64,000 bases of DNA, taken from the IMG/VR virus record IMGVR_UViG_3300044617_001156. One strand, 5' to 3'. The stretch's first letter is position 1. The number at the start of each line of letters is the position of its first letter. The notes under the pieces were generated by a model. It was given only the letters and a program-made list of their open reading frames with translations, was not told the origin of the DNA and made no database searches. Position numbers and translations under genes: made by a program. The stretch comes from a virus. Of the stretch, positions 9,215-18,224 are shown one piece after another.

Positions 9215-9424
9215 ATGATTGATACTTCACTATTCCCACATCCAGGTCATCCAATCAGGTTAGAGTTTGGTGAGAAGAAAAATGGTACAATCTGTTGGTT
9301 CTCGTGTGAGGAACACTTAAAAAGATATCTAACCAGATATGGGTTAGATGAGAAAAAAGTAAAAATTGATTATCGTGATGAAAAACCAAAAAAGCGAACA
9401 AGAAAGGCAAAACCAAAAACTTAA
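9215..9424 (+). CDS. hypothetical cyanophage protein
   Basis: ATG 9215 after upstream stop; CWFSCEEHLKRYL. Confidence 0.65.
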   Translation: MIDTSLFPHPGHPIRLEFGEKKNGTICWFSCEEHLKRYLTRYGLDEKKVKIDYRDEKPKKRTRKAKPKT

Positions 9425-9557
9425 TCTTGTTATTGCCTTGACACAAGTTGAAAGTCTTGTTAAACTATTGGAGGGTAATGAGTATAAAAAGCACTTTTAC
9501 CAACACCTAATCCCCATACAAGTTGAATTGAACCGACAATTAAGTCATTATGGATAA
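9378..9557 (+). CDS. hypothetical protein
   Basis: Packed ORF overlapping next start. Confidence 0.55.
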   Translation: MKNQKSEQERQNQKLNLVIALTQVESLVKLLEGNEYKKHFYQHLIPIQVELNRQLSHYG

Positions 9558-9759
9558 AAAGTTTTACGATGATGATGCGTTCTATGTTGAGCGCAAACGA
9601 TGGGGCACTTGGCAATCTCACTATCCTGATGGTAAGGGTATTATTACTTCACTGACTGAAGAACTTTGTATTTCTGCAACACGATGGTATCTTAAAGGTC
9701 TTCAGGAGGGTTTTGATAAAACGCAATCTTATTCCGGAGAAGTCGGCGGAAAACTCTAA
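9550..9759 (+). CDS. hypothetical cyanophage protein
   Basis: ORF ending YSGEVGGKL. Confidence 0.7.
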   Translation: MDKKFYDDDAFYVERKRWGTWQSHYPDGKGIITSLTEELCISATRWYLKGLQEGFDKTQSYSGEVGGKL

Positions 9760-9783
9760 ATATGTGTGCCTAACACACATCTA

Positions 9784-10014
9784 ATGGAAGATTTTAAGGC
9801 AGGAGATCGTGCAATCTTCATTGGTTGCATTGATGAACAAGTTTCCTGGGGTTCTAATGATGATCCTAGGAAAGTAATGATAGAGGGAGACATCTACACG
9901 ATTGAAAAGGTAGAACCTCACTCATATCACACGAAACTTTATTTTCGTGGAATAAAAGGTAAATTTAATTCTGTTTGTTTTAAAAAGTATGACTTTAAGA
10001 ACTTTTGTAGATAA
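9784..10014 (+). CDS. hypothetical protein
   Basis: ORF track; ATG 9784. Confidence 0.6.
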   Translation: MEDFKAGDRAIFIGCIDEQVSWGSNDDPRKVMIEGDIYTIEKVEPHSYHTKLYFRGIKGKFNSVCFKKYDFKNFCR

Positions 10015-10398
10015 GAATGGTAATTCCTGGGAATGGGAAGAAACGCCTGAGACCATTGAAGCACTGAAACAACTTCATCAAACTGTAAAACAAAATGAAA
10101 ATCCGATTGAACCCAAACCAGCAAATGTGGGCTAATGTATTCTCCTGTGCGGTGAGAAGGTCTAATGAATGTTTTGAAGAAAAAGACCTTGACCGCCACG
10201 CAAGAGAACATACAACAGTCGTATTAGCACTCCAAAAAGGTGAAGAGTTTTGGCGTGAATTATTATGAGTGATACTGACCCCACATCTCCCTGGTATGAA
10301 TTTATTTCATACTGTCGCTGCTGTGAGAGTTTAGGTGTCCCTATTCGCTTACAATCGTTTATGCGCTATCAGCAGTATTTGAAGGAGATTGGTTTGGT

Positions 10399-10617
10399 AT
10401 GATTAGTAAGTTTATTCAATGGTTTATCTCTCCAAATGAAGAACCAATTATTGAAGATATCTATTCCAAACTCATTGAACTACAAGAACGCATTGAAGCA
10501 CTTGAAGTAGAGAATGTAGAGAACAGTAACTGCTTCTATGAACTTTCGAGTTCCATTGATGCTGTTGATGCACGTATAGATATCATTACTGTTGAAGGAT
10601 TTAAGAACGATGTATGA
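10399..10617 (+). CDS. hypothetical coiled-coil protein
   Basis: AAGGAG RBS; heptad pattern. Confidence 0.65.
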   Translation: MISKFIQWFISPNEEPIIEDIYSKLIELQERIEALEVENVENSNCFYELSSSIDAVDARIDIITVEGFKNDV

Positions 10618-10819
10618 AAATTTATCACAATATGAACGAGCACTCGCAAGGTTTGGTGATAAAGTGGGTCTCATTGCAGGACTTGAAATCGCACATAAGA
10701 TGTCACCAGAAGATGCTTATCAACAAATCAAGGAACTTTACAAAGAACTTAAGAAACTCCGTAAGAAAGAAAGGAGAATCTGGGGAAACACTGGAATCGG
10801 GACTACGAAAGTGCTCTAA
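10610..10819 (+). CDS. hypothetical cyanophage protein
   Basis: MYENLSQYERALARFGDKV...SPEDAYQQIKELYKELK. Confidence 0.65.
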   Translation: MYENLSQYERALARFGDKVGLIAGLEIAHKMSPEDAYQQIKELYKELKKLRKKERRIWGNTGIGTTKVL

Positions 10820-10926
10820 CTGTGAGGAAATAAAACCACTTGACGAACAGCACTATCAACGTGTAAAATACTTCCGTGATGGTTTCTCTTACTACTGCCA
10901 CGACTGCTCTAAACCCAAACCAAGAA

Positions 10927-11493
10927 ATGACTGACTTTGATTACAAAAAGTATTCTCTTGAAAATCTAGAGAATTGGCTTCATGATGCGATGTCTTCTGG
11001 TGGAGCAACACCACATGAAATCTATGATGTAATTGTTGGTGTAGTAAAAGAAACCCACGAGCATCATAAACAAGAAGCAGAACAGGCAGAAGAACTTCTT
11101 AATCTTCTGAATAGTGGTTGGACTAAGGAAGAAGTTCTAAAGGATAGAGAGTACTATGAACCTTCAGGTACATTTACTTTCTCATCCTGTAGTGCTGATG
11201 ATACTTCGCCCGAATGTATGACTTCTTGGAATGATTTCTGGAGTGATGATAAGATTACATCCATTCACAATACAGAAGACGGAGACTTATTCGCTCACAA
11301 TGAAGATAAGGTAGTTAAGTGGCGTCTTCCTGTAGAGGTTGATAGTGTGAGTGGTGAGTATTATTTCACTCTACCTGAAGACCTGTTAGAGCAAACTGGA
11401 TGGAAAGAGGATGATGCTCTTCACTGGGTAGATAATGGGGATGGGTCATTTACACTTGAAAGGGTAGAGGAATCCGAAGAGACAGAACTCTAA
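10927..11493 (+). CDS. protein with C-terminal AbrB/MazE/SpoVT-like DNA-binding domain
   Basis: YYFTLPEDLLEQTGWKEDDALHWVDNGDGSFTL resembles the swapped-hairpin LP..L...LGW..GD.L.W motif. Confidence 0.6.
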   Translation: MTDFDYKKYSLENLENWLHDAMSSGGATPHEIYDVIVGVVKETHEHHKQEAEQAEELLNLLNSGWTKEEVLKDREYYEPSGTFTFSSCSADDTSPECMTSWNDFWSDDKITSIHNTEDGDLFAHNEDKVVKWRLPVEVDSVSGEYYFTLPEDLLEQTGWKEDDALHWVDNGDGSFTLERVEESEETEL

Positions 11494-11529
11494 TAATTTG
11501 ATAAAATAATAATAGCAATTTAAAAACTC

Positions 11530-11754
11530 ATGGCTTTATCCGAAAACGTTAAATCAGAACTTCAAGAAGCAAAGGGACATCTTCGCACTGCTCTCCGGAA
11601 CGCAGCTGTAAATGAGAAAAGTTTTGTTGCTAAAAACATTGCTGATATGATTTTCAGTCTTGATAATCTGGAACAAACTGAAGAACTTATGGATAAATTA
11701 GAGAACCGCAAATCAGGCGATAGTGGTATGTTCGGCACATTCTTTGGAGAGTGA
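11530..11754 (+). CDS. hypothetical cyanophage protein
   Basis: ORF track; helical protein. Confidence 0.7.
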   Translation: MALSENVKSELQEAKGHLRTALRNAAVNEKSFVAKNIADMIFSLDNLEQTEELMDKLENRKSGDSGMFGTFFGE

Positions 11755-11854
11755 ATTGTCTTAACACTTTGTAACACTAATCTAAAGTGAATGTTAAGAA
11801 ACGCACATAATTATCTACATAGTGGTAGAATGACTGAGTATCAAGGGATAACTT

Positions 11855-12019
11855 ATGACTATTCAACGAAAGCAATCTGGTAATTTGACTGATGTTGAAT
11901 TTAATGAGATGGTAGCACTGAAGAATGCAATTAACGACAATCCTGCTACTGTAGTTCCATCAAAACTTGAAGCATTCACTGAATATCTTGTTCGCAGTCT
12001 TAGGGAAAAAGGTGGTTGA
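11855..12019 (+). CDS. small hypothetical protein (54 aa, not in ORF track)
   Basis: MTIQRKQSGNLTDVEFNEMVALKNAINDNPATVVPSKLEAFTEYLVRSLREKGG*; has its own promoter and terminator. Confidence 0.65.
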   Translation: MTIQRKQSGNLTDVEFNEMVALKNAINDNPATVVPSKLEAFTEYLVRSLREKGG

Positions 12020-12024
12020 TTGTT

Positions 12025-12049
12025 AGGAGCACTTCGGTGCTCCTTTTTT
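12025..12049 (+). terminator. rho-independent terminator
   Basis: aggagcac-TTCG-gtgctcct followed by T run. Confidence 0.9.
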
Positions 12050-12051
12050 AT

Positions 12052-12080
12052 TGGGCCCTGTAAAGTGTCCTAGTAATGTA
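12052..12080 (+). repeat. 29-bp GGGCCC boundary element, copy 2
   Basis: tgggccctgtaaagtgtcctagtaatgta, directly after terminator. Confidence 0.95.
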
Positions 12081-12094
12081 AGCACAACACTCAA

Positions 12095-12505
12095 ATGGGT
12101 ACCAGAAGCCGTATCGGCCTCCAACTTTCTGATGGTTCTATCCTTTCCATCTACAGCCATTTCGATGGATATCCCGAGTTCAATGGAGTAAAACTTGTAG
12201 AGAACTTCAATACTCTGGATAAGGTCAAAGAGTTGATTGATCTTGGTGATATTAGTTGCCTCTGGACGAATGTAGGTTGGAGTAATGAAACTCTAGAGCA
12301 GACTGGACCCCTTCCTTATAGTGGTCGCGGTGAAGATTGCCCCCCTCGCCTTGATGCTGACCTGTGTGAGTATCTGCTTCCTGATGGAGCAGAAGAGTAT
12401 CACTATATCTTCCGCAATGGTGAGTGGGTGTGCTACGATATGCACCAGTTTGATAACACTAAACTTCCTGAAGTTGTTGAAATCCCTGTGGAGGTAGCAG
12501 CATGA
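12095..12505 (+). CDS. conserved phage hypothetical protein
   Basis: MGTRSRIG...SIYSHFDGYP...GAEEYHYIF. Confidence 0.75.
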   Translation: MGTRSRIGLQLSDGSILSIYSHFDGYPEFNGVKLVENFNTLDKVKELIDLGDISCLWTNVGWSNETLEQTGPLPYSGRGEDCPPRLDADLCEYLLPDGAEEYHYIFRNGEWVCYDMHQFDNTKLPEVVEIPVEVAA

Positions 12506-12902
12506 TTGGACGTTACGTTACTTACACTGTTCTCGGTGCTATGTTTATGATTGGATGGAATGTCTTTCTAATCCAACGCGATGACGCAATGTATAAACAA
12601 TATTATCGTCAGCAAGCAATGGAGAATCTGAAGAAACCACCCTCTACTGAAATCCGATGAGTTTAGCTGTTGGTATCTTTACATACCTGATGTTGATTGC
12701 TTTGGTATCACTGATTATGCTATACTATTTCAAGGTTATTCAACCAAAAGATGAGCGAAAATTTAACACCTGAAGAGAAACGACTTGTATTCAATGCCGT
12801 TCGTTATTATCAAATGCATAAGACATCATTAAATGGTAAGGATTATCAAATCTGCGACGATATTCTCAACCGTTGGTTTGATGAAGTAAAAGTAACGCAG
12901 AG

Positions 12903-13499
12903 TTAGATTATACTGTATCGCTTCAACTCTGTGTAATCAACAGTTCTCATATAGGGCATTTCATATCCACGTATGATGTGTAATTGCCCTGCTACTTCAT
13001 TCCAAGTGTAGTTATGGATTTCTTCTCCTACACTCCTCCAGTGGTAATTGAAACCGCGAAATCCCCACTGATAAACACCTAAAACCTGAATGAGTGGATG
13101 TTGGTCGTAAAACACCTTATTGGTTGATGGTACAACTCTTTCTTTAGATCGATTTCTGATTGTCTTCGCATTGTAAATGAAAGTACAGAACATTCCAACA
13201 TCAGGTATGATTTCAGTATCATCAAAGATATTGATGATTTCCAACATTATTTCCTCTGGGTCTGTAACACCAACTAGGCGTTGCTTCAGCATTTCAACTC
13301 TTGAATTTGATTTGCTGACGACATAATCAGTATCGCTCTTGATGTACTTGATGAGGTTATCTTTGGATAACTTTGTATAATCTGCCGTTAAGTTGCCCTT
13401 TGCACTATCTCTATGATAGACTGTATAACGTCTAGCAATTTGCATCAATTCTGACTTGGAGTATTGCTCTAATGGTTTTTCGTGACCTGTGAGTTCCAT
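12903..13499 (-). CDS. gp2-like (DNA end protector-like) protein
   Basis: FIYNAKT...YDQHPLI...GFRGFNYHW resembles the T4-type gp2 core; late promoter AATAAATA on - strand at 13522-13529. Confidence 0.5.
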   Translation of the reverse strand: MELTGHEKPLEQYSKSELMQIARRYTVYHRDSAKGNLTADYTKLSKDNLIKYIKSDTDYVVSKSNSRVEMLKQRLVGVTDPEEIMLEIINIFDDTEIIPDVGMFCTFIYNAKTIRNRSKERVVPSTNKVFYDQHPLIQVLGVYQWGFRGFNYHWRSVGEEIHNYTWNEVAGQLHIIRGYEMPYMRTVDYTELKRYSII

Positions 13500-13536
13500 T
13501 TTAATCAGAATTTCGTACTGGTATTTATTTTGAACT

Positions 13537-13665
13537 ATGAATGAAAATCAAATGACCGAAGAAGAACTCATGAGTGCAGACCAAGCTTTCTGGGATTTTA
13601 TTGAAGACCAATCAGCAGAACTTGAAGTAACCGCAGATTATTTCATTTACGAATTTCTTATGTGA
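13537..13665 (+). CDS. small acidic hypothetical protein (42 aa)
   Basis: MNENQMTEEELMSADQAFWDFIEDQSAELEVTADYFIYEFLM*. Confidence 0.55.
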   Translation: MNENQMTEEELMSADQAFWDFIEDQSAELEVTADYFIYEFLM

Positions 13666-13669
13666 CCTG

Positions 13670-13698
13670 TTGACGATTTAACTGTTTAGCACTATACT
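13670..13698 (+). promoter_or_regulatory. sigma70-type promoter
   Basis: TTGACG-17-TATACT followed by AAGGAG RBS. Confidence 0.75.
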
Positions 13699-13721
13699 AA
13701 AGGAGTAATTTTCAAATACAA

Positions 13722-13964
13722 ATGGCGCAAAAGTTTCTCTACGTTGTCGATCACTACATTCCTTTTCCCTCTAGTGAATATGGAGGACTTTGGAATGTAA
13801 TTGCTGAAGATGATAATGAATGTTTTGATTTGATTTCATCCGAAGATGATGGAAACTTTTACGAACAACATTATACAGTTCTGAGGGAAAATATCTTAAA
13901 CGCACAAACCTTCGCACTTGCCGAAGATGTAGAGTCCAGTATCGTTGAAAGTTTTACCACCTGA
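13722..13964 (+). CDS. acidic hypothetical cyanophage protein
   Basis: YIPFPSSEYGGLW; promoter and RBS upstream. Confidence 0.75.
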   Translation: MAQKFLYVVDHYIPFPSSEYGGLWNVIAEDDNECFDLISSEDDGNFYEQHYTVLRENILNAQTFALAEDVESSIVESFTT

Positions 13965-14123
13965 TTATGACTCACCACGTCGCTCACACCAATAAAATGG
14001 TGTTTGATTTGAAGCAAATGTATCAATCAAGGATTTCTCAACTACAAAGCAAAATCACAGAGCAAGAGCAAGAGATTACTAAACTTAATACATTGATTTC
14101 TCTTCTAACTATTGACCGTGAGT

Positions 14124-14405
14124 ATGATTGCTGAGTTTCCACATAAAGCACCGAAAGGGTATTCTTATGAGTTCGAAGAGTTTAAGCGCGGAGTTATTGC
14201 TATATGGCTGCATTGCAGTCGTAAGTTTGATTACAATAACGGTGCGCCAACAAGAACCATCTGGGGGTTTTATAAATCCAAGACCAGAGAATACTTTGCC
14301 CCCATTAACAGCAAGACAATCGGTGTTCGTGTAGACATCAGTGAAACAAGAAACTATACTTCAATGCCTATTAAATATCAAGGAGTAGAAAAGTTCTTTG
14401 TATGA
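14124..14405 (+). CDS. hypothetical cyanophage protein
   Basis: FPHKAPKGYSYE...TIWGFY...APINSK. Confidence 0.7.
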   Translation: MIAEFPHKAPKGYSYEFEEFKRGVIAIWLHCSRKFDYNNGAPTRTIWGFYKSKTREYFAPINSKTIGVRVDISETRNYTSMPIKYQGVEKFFV

Positions 14406-14665
14406 GTTACAATCCTCAGGTCAATGACTATGTTGAATGGACCAAAGGTGTTGAAGGATGGGTTTATTTTAGGGACGATGAGTACATTACGATTGAATAC
14501 ATTGTACGTCCTAAAGATAAAGTAAATTATCACGCTTGCCCCATTCACGCAAATGAAAGATTACTTGTAGTTTGTTATAAAGAGGATTGGAAGCAATTAA
14601 AGTATGTTAAATCACGAGGATCAGTCTATGAAGAAGAACAAAACTGCGTGGCGCTGGTGGGCTAA
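14402..14665 (+). CDS. hypothetical protein
   Basis: YNPQVNDYVEW...EGWVYF; ATGA overlap. Confidence 0.7.
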   Translation: MSYNPQVNDYVEWTKGVEGWVYFRDDEYITIEYIVRPKDKVNYHACPIHANERLLVVCYKEDWKQLKYVKSRGSVYEEEQNCVALVG

Positions 14666-14894
14666 AGCACTTGGTGAGAAGGCAAGTAAGTGTGATAAGG
14701 AATCCGATAGAGTTGCAATCATTCGCACCTTTATCTTTGTAACGTATTTGATTACTAATGCCTTCATTGTTGCTGGTGTAATTCGTCATTGGAATGATGA
14801 AACTAAAGTGCAAGTTATAATTGATTCTTCAATACTCCCTGAGTATCAACCACCACCACGAAAAGGTATCAATAAACCATTTGAATTTGAATAA
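14628..14894 (+). CDS. hypothetical membrane protein
   Basis: WRWWAKALGEKA...TNAFIVAGVIRHW with one TM helix. Confidence 0.7.
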   Translation: MKKNKTAWRWWAKALGEKASKCDKESDRVAIIRTFIFVTYLITNAFIVAGVIRHWNDETKVQVIIDSSILPEYQPPPRKGINKPFEFE

Positions 14895-14922
14895 AAATAA
14901 ATAATCAGAAAGTGCTGAAGCA

Positions 14923-15279
14923 ATGAAAAATTTTATTCAATTCTCCGAAGATATCCAACAAAGAAGACAAGAACTTCAACAGCGGAGACTGGACCAAATT
15001 CAGGCACAGAAAAAGAAAATTGCATCTCAACAAGAAGCACAGAAAGAAAAGCAACAAGCATCCGCAGAAAGGGAACAACTTAAGCAAGAAATCAAAAGAG
15101 AATTGCAATCAGAGCAAAGTCCTTCAATGGAACCAAACCTCTACAATCAATTGATTGCTAGAAGTCAAATGACTAGAAAGAGAGCAAGAGAAACTCACGC
15201 TCAGAGAGAAATGGAGCGCGAAGCAGGAGCACAGCAGGCACAGAAGCGTGCAGAGATGAAAGCAATTATGAAACGCTGA
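14923..15279 (+). CDS. late coiled-coil protein with capsid-targeting-like N-terminus
   Basis: MKNFIQFSE; AATAAATA late promoter at 14896-14903. Confidence 0.6.
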   Translation: MKNFIQFSEDIQQRRQELQQRRLDQIQAQKKKIASQQEAQKEKQQASAEREQLKQEIKRELQSEQSPSMEPNLYNQLIARSQMTRKRARETHAQREMEREAGAQQAQKRAEMKAIMKR

Positions 15280-15286
15280 TAAACAC

Positions 15287-15315
15287 TGGGCCCTGTAAAG
15301 TGTCCTAGTAATGTA
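15287..15315 (+). repeat. 29-bp GGGCCC boundary element, copy 3
   Basis: tgggccctgtaaagtgtcctagtaatgta. Confidence 0.95.
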
Positions 15316-15330
15316 ATCACACCACGCATT

Positions 15331-15456
15331 ATGGATTGGTTTGACGACATCCAGGTTGAAGAACTGGAAAACTTTGATTTCATTGAAGAAGATGTGATTG
15401 AAGAGAGTGATAACAAATCATTCAATTCATATCTAAACTCCAACACCGATTATTGA
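15331..15456 (+). CDS. very acidic 41-aa protein (not in ORF track)
   Basis: MDWFDDIQVEELENFDFIEEDVIEESDNKSFNSYLNSNTDY*; 14 D/E, 1 K. Confidence 0.6.
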   Translation: MDWFDDIQVEELENFDFIEEDVIEESDNKSFNSYLNSNTDY

Positions 15457-15530
15457 TTACAACAGTGTGACGCCTGAGAAAGCGTCCACTGAACCCCCCA
15501 CTGACCCTGAAACTCCTGTATTTTAATCTC

Positions 15531-15731
15531 ATGAACGAACAAATTCCTAACGTGCTCCCCCACATCCAAGAACTCAAACTTGCCTGGAGGAAACAGGATT
15601 TCGTATTTACTAAGCAGCAACAAGAAGAATACGATTTGCTTCTTGCTACTCGCCGCGAAAGGGTCAAGCAATTCTATGCTGAAGGACGTGTATTCAAGGG
15701 TTCCTATAAAGCAAAGGAAGTTGAAATCTAA
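15531..15731 (+). CDS. hypothetical protein
   Basis: ORF after -10-like TATTTT at 15519. Confidence 0.7.
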   Translation: MNEQIPNVLPHIQELKLAWRKQDFVFTKQQQEEYDLLLATRRERVKQFYAEGRVFKGSYKAKEVEI

Positions 15732-15760
15732 ATACTAAAAAGTAGTGTTTAGATAGTACA

Positions 15761-16312
15761 ATGCGGACCTTCAATCAATTTATGTCTCTCTGCGAAGCAT
15801 CTGAACCCGATACTGCTAAGAAACTTGGCTGGGGTGGCGGTGCTTCCGTCACTCGCGCAGGTGAAGGTGGGAGAGTAGGTAAAGAACGCAAAAAGACAGC
15901 AGCAGAGTTACGTAGAACGAAAAGAGGTCCTGGTGGTACAACGGTAGCCGCCAAATCATACAAACCACGTTCCGACATTGGAACTCAGCGTCAAGCATCT
16001 ACAAGAGTTCAGCAACCTGAAAAAGAAAGAGGTTCTGCTGCATTATCTGCAAAAGAAGCACAACGCAAAGCATACTTAGAGCGCAAAGCAAGAGAGAGTG
16101 GTGGTGCTACTAAATCTAGAGAACTAGAGAAGCAAGCATCTAAACTTCTTACCAAAAAGAAAGCAGAAGCACCAAAAGGTGAGAAGATTGAAAGAACAAC
16201 CAATCGCGAATATACCCGCGATGAGAAGAAGAAAATGGTAAGAGCTGGTAAGCGTTTGCATAAGGACATTATCAAAGGTAGAGACCTTCCCGCTTCCAAA
16301 TATCAACCCTGA
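15761..16312 (+). CDS. basic late protein, internal-head-protein-like
   Basis: MRTFNQFMSLCE N-terminus, Lys/Arg-rich; CTAAATA late promoter at 15728-15734. Confidence 0.6.
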   Translation: MRTFNQFMSLCEASEPDTAKKLGWGGGASVTRAGEGGRVGKERKKTAAELRRTKRGPGGTTVAAKSYKPRSDIGTQRQASTRVQQPEKERGSAALSAKEAQRKAYLERKARESGGATKSRELEKQASKLLTKKKAEAPKGEKIERTTNREYTRDEKKKMVRAGKRLHKDIIKGRDLPASKYQP

Positions 16313-16402
16313 TTCATCCAATCAACAAACAGTCCACTAGCACTCTCAGATTGACCTCTGGGGGTGCTATTTTAGTCTTTAGATACCAAACCACTGAGAA
16401 CC

Positions 16403-16600
16403 ATGAATTACGTTCAAATCCCTGTTACTACCCTTGAAACTCTGATTGAAGGTCTTCAATCTGCTGTGAATGTGTGCTATAATGTCGATAGCAAAGAACA
16501 GGAAACTGAGAGGTCTTATCCATATGCGGTAGGATATTCTCAGTCCACAATGAAGTGTATCATTGAAGACCTTAAGCGATTGAAACCCCAGAGTGACTGA
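16403..16600 (+). CDS. hypothetical protein
   Basis: SYPYAVGYS motif; follows hairpin promoter. Confidence 0.7.
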   Translation: MNYVQIPVTTLETLIEGLQSAVNVCYNVDSKEQETERSYPYAVGYSQSTMKCIIEDLKRLKPQSD

Positions 16601-16603
16601 TAC

Positions 16604-16632
16604 TGGGCCCTCTAAATTGTCCCTATAGTATA
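16604..16632 (+). repeat. 29-bp GGGCCC boundary element, copy 4
   Basis: tgggccctctaaattgtccctatagtata. Confidence 0.9.
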
Positions 16633-17927
16633 TGATGAACCCGATGAAACTCCAACCACGGCCCCATCAAGAACGCGGCGATGCTGCGATGCAGAAATAT
16701 CCTAAGGGTCAGTTGATTTACCCCACGGGCGGCGGTAAGACCCTGAATATGATTATGGATGCTGTGCGTGAGTTTTCCGAGGAAGTTGTCTTTGAAAAAG
16801 AGTATCATCTCGGAGAGTTTGTTGGTGGAACCACAAATCGTAAATTGATTGTTGTAGTTGCTCCACGTATTTTGCTTACAGAGCAGCTTTCTTCCGAGTT
16901 TCTGGAGTTTATCACTAATGCTGCTGTTCTTCACGTACACAGCGGTGAAACTAGTCACAAATCTACCACAAATCCCGATGAAATCGATGAGTGGGTCTGT
17001 GATAATGTAGACAAGCATTGTCTCATCTTCACCACTTATAACTCTCTGGAGCGTCTTCAGGATGCTGATGTTGCAGTGGATACAATATATTTCGACGAAG
17101 CCCATAATTCAGTCAAGCGTAACTTTTTCCCTGCAACTGAGCACTTCGCTGCTGAGGCACGTCGTTGCTACTTCTTCACTGCTACCCCGAAACATTCCCT
17201 TGCTGTAGGTAAACCAGGCATGAATGATTCGGCAGTTTATGGTCAGGTAATCTGCAAAGTTCCTGCTCCTGAACTGGTTGCTGGTGGGTTCATTGTTCCC
17301 CCCAAAGTTATCGTCAAGCAACTGGAGATGGTTCAGGGTAAGCAGACCAACTTTGACCGCGACGCTGAGAATCTGCTGGAAACCATTGACGACAATGAAG
17401 TCAGCAAGATTCTGATTTGTGCTAAGGCAACCAAGCAGATTGTTTCGCTGGTTTCTGAGACTGACTTCTGTTCTGAGTTGGAGTCTCGCGGTTTCTCTTG
17501 GATGTACATCACGGCAAAGACTGGAGCTGTGATTGACGGCAAGAAAGTGAACCGCGAAGTATTCTTCGACACTCTATCTGCCTGGGGCAAGGACAACGAC
17601 AAGAAGTTTGTTGTTCTTCACCACTCCATCCTCGCAGAAGGTATCAACGTCAGCGGTCTGGAAGCAGTTCTCTTCCTCCGCAACATGGACTTCATTGGTA
17701 TTTCCCAGACCATCGGACGTTGCATCCGACTGCATCACGATGACGCCAAAGGTCTTCGCGATGGTAGCATCAAACCAGGCAACCTTGGTCAATACACCAA
17801 GAGTTTCGGTCTTGTCTGTGTTCCGGTGTACAGCAAGGTTGGTATCACCACCGCCAAGGCAGTTCAATCGGTTGTAGACACCATCTTCCAGAAGGGAGAA
17901 CCCGCCATCAGTGTAGTTCGCAGGTGA
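16632..17927 (+). CDS. SF2 DExH-box helicase (ResIII-like)
   Basis: LQPRPHQ, PTGGGKT (Walker A), FDEAH, TATP, LAEGINV, QTIGRCIR. Confidence 0.9.
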   Translation: MMNPMKLQPRPHQERGDAAMQKYPKGQLIYPTGGGKTLNMIMDAVREFSEEVVFEKEYHLGEFVGGTTNRKLIVVVAPRILLTEQLSSEFLEFITNAAVLHVHSGETSHKSTTNPDEIDEWVCDNVDKHCLIFTTYNSLERLQDADVAVDTIYFDEAHNSVKRNFFPATEHFAAEARRCYFFTATPKHSLAVGKPGMNDSAVYGQVICKVPAPELVAGGFIVPPKVIVKQLEMVQGKQTNFDRDAENLLETIDDNEVSKILICAKATKQIVSLVSETDFCSELESRGFSWMYITAKTGAVIDGKKVNREVFFDTLSAWGKDNDKKFVVLHHSILAEGINVSGLEAVLFLRNMDFIGISQTIGRCIRLHHDDAKGLRDGSIKPGNLGQYTKSFGLVCVPVYSKVGITTAKAVQSVVDTIFQKGEPAISVVRR

Positions 17928-17950
17928 GTCTCACTGAGAATGCAGTGGCC

Positions 17951-17974
17951 ATCAGGGTGAAAACCCTGATTTTT
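17951..17974 (+). terminator. rho-independent terminator
   Basis: atcagggt-gaaa-accctgat-tttt. Confidence 0.75.
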
Positions 17975-18044
17975 CTGCAATTTCACCGCAGACGACCTAG
18001 AACCCATCGACCGCAACCAAATTCACGATTTATTGGAAAGTATA

Positions 18045-18221
18045 ATGAAAGAGGGATTTATTGTCGGCAAAGGTAACTATGCAGCGGTGCCCTATGGACG
18101 ACAACTGATGATTATTCACAATGGAGAGCAACTGAAAGTGTGTAGGACTGAAGCATCAGCAAGAAAATTTATTGACGACCACAAGAAAGGCAAAAGCACT
18201 GCTAAGTTGCCCATTGATTGA
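18045..18221 (+). CDS. hypothetical protein
   Basis: YAAVPYG...IIHNGEQLKVCRTEASARKFI. Confidence 0.7.
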   Translation: MKEGFIVGKGNYAAVPYGRQLMIIHNGEQLKVCRTEASARKFIDDHKKGKSTAKLPID

Positions 18222-18224
18222 AAC

